Positions 60,744 through 64,000 of a stretch of DNA of 64,000 nucleotides are shown in pieces. Under the pieces are notes generated by a model. That model did no database searches. It was not told the DNA's origin and saw only the letters and a program-made list of their open reading frames with translations. How positions within the stretch are numbered: the first letter of the stretch is position 1; each line of letters begins with the position of its first letter. The translations under genes and the position numbers were made by a program. Source of the stretch: an uncultured Actinomycetes bacterium (GTDB lineage Bacteria > Actinomycetota > Thermoleophilia > Gaiellales > Gaiellaceae); NCBI GenBank assembly GCA_963708005.1, contig CAVPRY010000006.1, positions 221,138-285,137 on the forward strand. Direction: 5' to 3'.

Positions 60744-62004
60744 TCAGGCCCGCCCGGCGGCCACCGCGAGGAGTCGCTCGAGCACGTCGATGAGCCCCTC
60801 GGGTAGCCCGGCCGACGGCGAGGCACCGGGGTGCTGCGGCGCGAGACGCACCCGTAGAACACCCGGCCGACTAACGAAGCGAAGGGGCGGATCCAGGACG
60901 AGCGCCTCGCCGTCGACGACCCACCGGCACCGGCTGGGATGACGTGACCTCGAACGCGGGCGTTGACCACTGCTGCCAGCGGCCGCCCGCTCCGTCCGCC
61001 GTGTTCAGCACTGCTACCCCCAGCTCGCCGCTGTCGAGGCGCGGGCGCGTGCCGGAGCCGACGGCCCGCCCCAGCCGGTAGGTGTTGTTCGACACGAGAA
61101 TCACCGCCGCCGACTCATGCGTGCTGTCGTCTGTGCCACGCCAGCCCAACTCGCTCGTCGCGCCCGCCGGCCGAGCGCCGAGCACGTCGGGCGCGGTGTC
61201 GAGGATCGTGCGGAGCTTGGCATCGCGGTATCCCTCGCGCTGCACCGCCTCGGCGTACAGCCCGAGCGACGCGTTGTTGACGAAGACACGACCGTTCACC
61301 TCGGCCAGATCGACGCGGCGCTCCCCACCGTTGACGAAGGCGTCGAGGGCGCCGACGACGTCGTCACGGTCAACTCCGAGATCGAGTGCGAAATGGTTTC
61401 GGGTGCCGGCCGGGACACAGGCGAACGGCAGATCGTGCTCGGCTGCGATCGACGCCACGAGCGCCTGGGTGCCGTCACCACCCGCGGCCGCGAGCCCGTC
61501 GGCCCCGCGCGCCACGGCGTCCCGGACCAGTTGCTCCAGGTCGTCTCCGGGCTTCAGCTCGATCGGCTCGATCCCGCGCTTCCGCGCCTCGTCGGGCAGG
61601 TGGTTGCTCACGGCCTTGCCGCCGCCCGACCTGGGATTCCAGACGACGATCGGTCGCGTCGGGGGATCGGCGGCCGGGAGCACCAATCGGACGTTGAACA
61701 CGCGTCTCCCGAGGGCAACGCTCACGAGGAAGAGCGCGACGGCAACGAGGCCGACACCCACCCGCTCCCCGGTGAGCACGACGACAACCGCCGCAACCAG
61801 GAGCAGCGCCACACTGCCGAGCAAGGCGTGACGGGCGCGGCCACGCCGCCGAACCGCCTGCCACGCCGCAACACCACCCGCGACCAGCAACGCAACCGCC
61901 ACGAGACTACGAGGGAAATCCCGGACGACCTCGACCGCAGCCACAACGACGGCCGCCACGAACAACACCAACGACCCCCCAGCAGCAATACGCCTGCGCA
62001 TCAT
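60744..62004 (-). CDS. Membrane-anchored diacylglycerol kinase family protein (frameshift near 60920)
   Basis: Four N-terminal hydrophobic helices; NPRSGGG, GGDGT, PAGTRNHFA and VDGE motifs. Confidence 0.88.
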
Positions 62005-62695
62005 CCCCTCCTCATCCCTCGTGGGAGAATAGGGCGGCGCGGCCGATCGCATCTGTTGAAGCCGTTCCGCCCCTGTGGGCCGCCCAGAGGAAGACCCGTT
62101 GCCCTGGCCTTGCCCCGTTCTTGCACCGTTTCGCGTCCATGATCTACGATCCCCCACCGTTGCACTGGCCTTATGCGCGCACGCGCGGGTGTCACCGACC
62201 CTAGCGAGCTTGGAGGGCGTCGTCCGCGAGGCCGTTCGCGCCGAAGTCGCTTACATCCCAGAGGGCCGCGGATCCGACCAGCTGTCACATCGCTCGTCGG
62301 GGTTCACGTCGGGCGGGTGTGCCTTGATGGGGTGTCGCCCCAAGGCGAGACGGCGCACTCGAATGGCCGCGCGCCCCCCACTCCACCTCTGCAAGATCGA
62401 GCCCCATGTGTGTCAAGCGGAGTGCGAGTTCGTCCGATGTCTCCGAGATGCGCAGTCGTTACGTCGTTGCAGCCGCGACGGTGCTGGTGGTCGTCTCGGC
62501 GGCGCTCGTGATTGGCGTCGGCCGAGGGGGCTCCGCCGAGACTGATGTTGGGTTCGAAGGCGTCGAGCGGGCGCTCACTCGGCCCTAACGCTTCACGTCC
62601 GCGCAACTCTCATCAGGCGGCACGCTCTTACGGGGCTCTTACCGTCGCGCGCTGTAATTCGGCCCACGACCGCAGCCGGCGAAGGGGGCCACACC

Positions 62696-63091
62696 GTGCA
62701 CGACCGCATGCAGCAGTGGTACCGGGACGACCTGCGTGGAAACGAGGACCGGGTCTTCGTCACCCGCGGCGGCCACGACGGCTGGTTCACCGACCTCGTC
62801 GAGATCCTGATCGTGGTCCTCATCGTTGCGGCGTTGGCTCTCGCGATCGTCTGGCTCGTCCGGAAGCTGGCTACGGGAGGAGGCTGGACGGCGGCAACCG
62901 CCCCCGCCGGCCCCGCGCCCGCGACAGCGGTGATCGCGGAGACCCCCGATCCGGCCGTCGAAGTCCTGCGGCTGCGCTACGCGCGCGGCGAAGTGTCGCC
63001 GGACGACTTCCACCGCACCCTTGCCGACCTCGGCGGCGGACCGACGGAATCGTGGCCGATACCGGACCAGGACACGGAGCCGCCTGCCTGA
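62696..63091 (+). CDS. SHOCT-domain membrane protein
   Basis: One transmembrane helix, then AVEVLRLRYARGEVSPDDF. Confidence 0.82.
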   Translation: MHDRMQQWYRDDLRGNEDRVFVTRGGHDGWFTDLVEILIVVLIVAALALAIVWLVRKLATGGGWTAATAPAGPAPATAVIAETPDPAVEVLRLRYARGEVSPDDFHRTLADLGGGPTESWPIPDQDTEPPA

Positions 63092-63144
63092 CGATCCCCA
63101 CGTCGCGGATTCACGGGCGAACCCGGAGCGCGAGCGGGTCGGGA

Positions 63145-63780
63145 TCAGATGACGACGAAGTACACGGCGACGCACTGCACCGTCACCGCGGCGACGACGA
63201 GCAGGTGAAAGACCTCGTGGAACCCCAGCGTCCGCGGGAAGGGGTTCGGCCACTGGAACGCGTAGGTAAGCGCGCCGACCGTATACAAACCAGCGCCCAC
63301 CACGAGGAGCACGGCGGTCGCCACGCCCACCTGGAACAGCTCGGGGATCGCGATCACGCCGACCCAACCGACGGCGAGGTACGACAGCGCGCACAGCCAC
63401 TTCGGGGCGTCGATCCAGGCGAGCGCGAGCAGGATGCCGAGCGCTGCGCCCGCCCACACCGTGACGAGCACCACCCACTGCCTCCAGCCTTCGAGGGCTA
63501 GCAAGGCGAACGGCGTATACGTGCCGGCGATGAACACGAAAATGGTGGAGTGGTCGACTCGCCGGGCGCGCGCCCGCGCGACCGCCGTCCGCCACGGGAA
63601 ACGGTGGTAGAGGGCGCTGGCGCCGAACATCGCGGCGAGCGCGAGGACGTAGATCCAGACGGCGATCGTCTCCCGTCCGCCGCGCGCGAACGCCAACAAC
63701 ACGACGCCGGCCACGACCGACGCCACGAACGCCCACTGGTGGAAGACACCGCGCAGACGCGGCTTCAGGATCGCAGCCAT
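63145..63780 (-). CDS. Hemolysin III/PAQR family membrane protein
   Basis: KPRLRG.FH, SALYH, DHSTIFVFIAGTYTP and GFHEVFH motifs. Confidence 0.93.
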   Translation of the reverse strand: MAAILKPRLRGVFHQWAFVASVVAGVVLLAFARGGRETIAVWIYVLALAAMFGASALYHRFPWRTAVARARARRVDHSTIFVFIAGTYTPFALLALEGWRQWVVLVTVWAGAALGILLALAWIDAPKWLCALSYLAVGWVGVIAIPELFQVGVATAVLLVVGAGLYTVGALTYAFQWPNPFPRTLGFHEVFHLLVVAAVTVQCVAVYFVVI

Positions 63781-63918
63781 GCCACACGGAATCCTAACCT
63801 CGCGCGTGCTTCCTCCTCGCTTCTTGCGGCGATCGGGTCCCACTCCAGCGTCGCGCTCCGGGCAGAGACCAGCGGCGAGGCCGCTGCGGGCTGGCGGCAG
63901 CGCCGGCAGCATCCTCTG

Positions 63919-63932
63919 CGAACATATGTTCG
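63919..63932. promoter_or_regulatory. LexA (SOS) box, Gram-positive/actinobacterial type
   Basis: Perfect palindrome CGAAC-ATAT-GTTCG directly abutting the dinB start. Confidence 0.88.
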
Positions 63933-64000
63933 ATGGAAGGGGCGACGATCCTGCATGCCGACCTGGACGCCTTCTACGCATCGGTCGAGCAGCGAGACGA
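63933..64000 (+). CDS. dinB: DNA polymerase IV, 5' end only
   Basis: MEGATILHADLDAFYASVEQRD, the Y-family motif I. Confidence 0.92.
   Translation, partial: MEGATILHADLDAFYASVEQRD

Noticed and set aside
59984-62004. DAG kinase-PAP2 fusion protein
   Set aside because: After correcting the indel near 60920 the kinase frame ends at TGA 60744-60746, before the PAP2 start.

Overview
High-GC (about 70% by eye) bacterial chromosome. Gene content, leaderless TANNNT promoters and a CGAAC-N4-GTTCG LexA box point to an actinobacterium, plausibly soil Thermoleophilia/Gaiellales (inference). Many genes carry single-base indels that look like long-read consensus errors. Left to right: (1) 0-10.4 kb, a GntR-controlled catabolic island (enolase-superfamily dehydratases, class-III aminotransferase, hydantoinase A/B) with three sharp deletion-like junctions. 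(2) 10.4-22.3 kb, a form I aerobic CO dehydrogenase cluster (coxMSL with the AYRCSFR motif, XdhC-YHS, coxD, coxE) with an unusual tail: a stand-alone degenerate CoxL domain, two small Cys-rich proteins, an anchor-less CoxG, a membrane-anchored YceI protein, and five translationally coupled paralogous single-pass membrane/helical proteins. This tail is the best candidate for an undescribed system, possibly a membrane stalk or quinone conduit for CODH. (3) 22.5-40 kb, housekeeping genes, a structured 105-bp tandem repeat and an atypical FtsH-like operon. (4) 41.6-48.2 kb, an araA-araD-dehydrogenase-araB operon bracketed by tRNA-Val and a copy of its 3' end. (5) 48.3-55.7 kb, two NarL-type two-component sets around secreted proteins, sharing a TCAGGG-N4-CCCTGA motif. 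(6) tRNA-Glu, ppk2, SulP, DAG kinase/PAP2, hemolysin III and the start of a LexA-boxed dinB. No CRISPR array, rRNA, integrase or transposase was seen.
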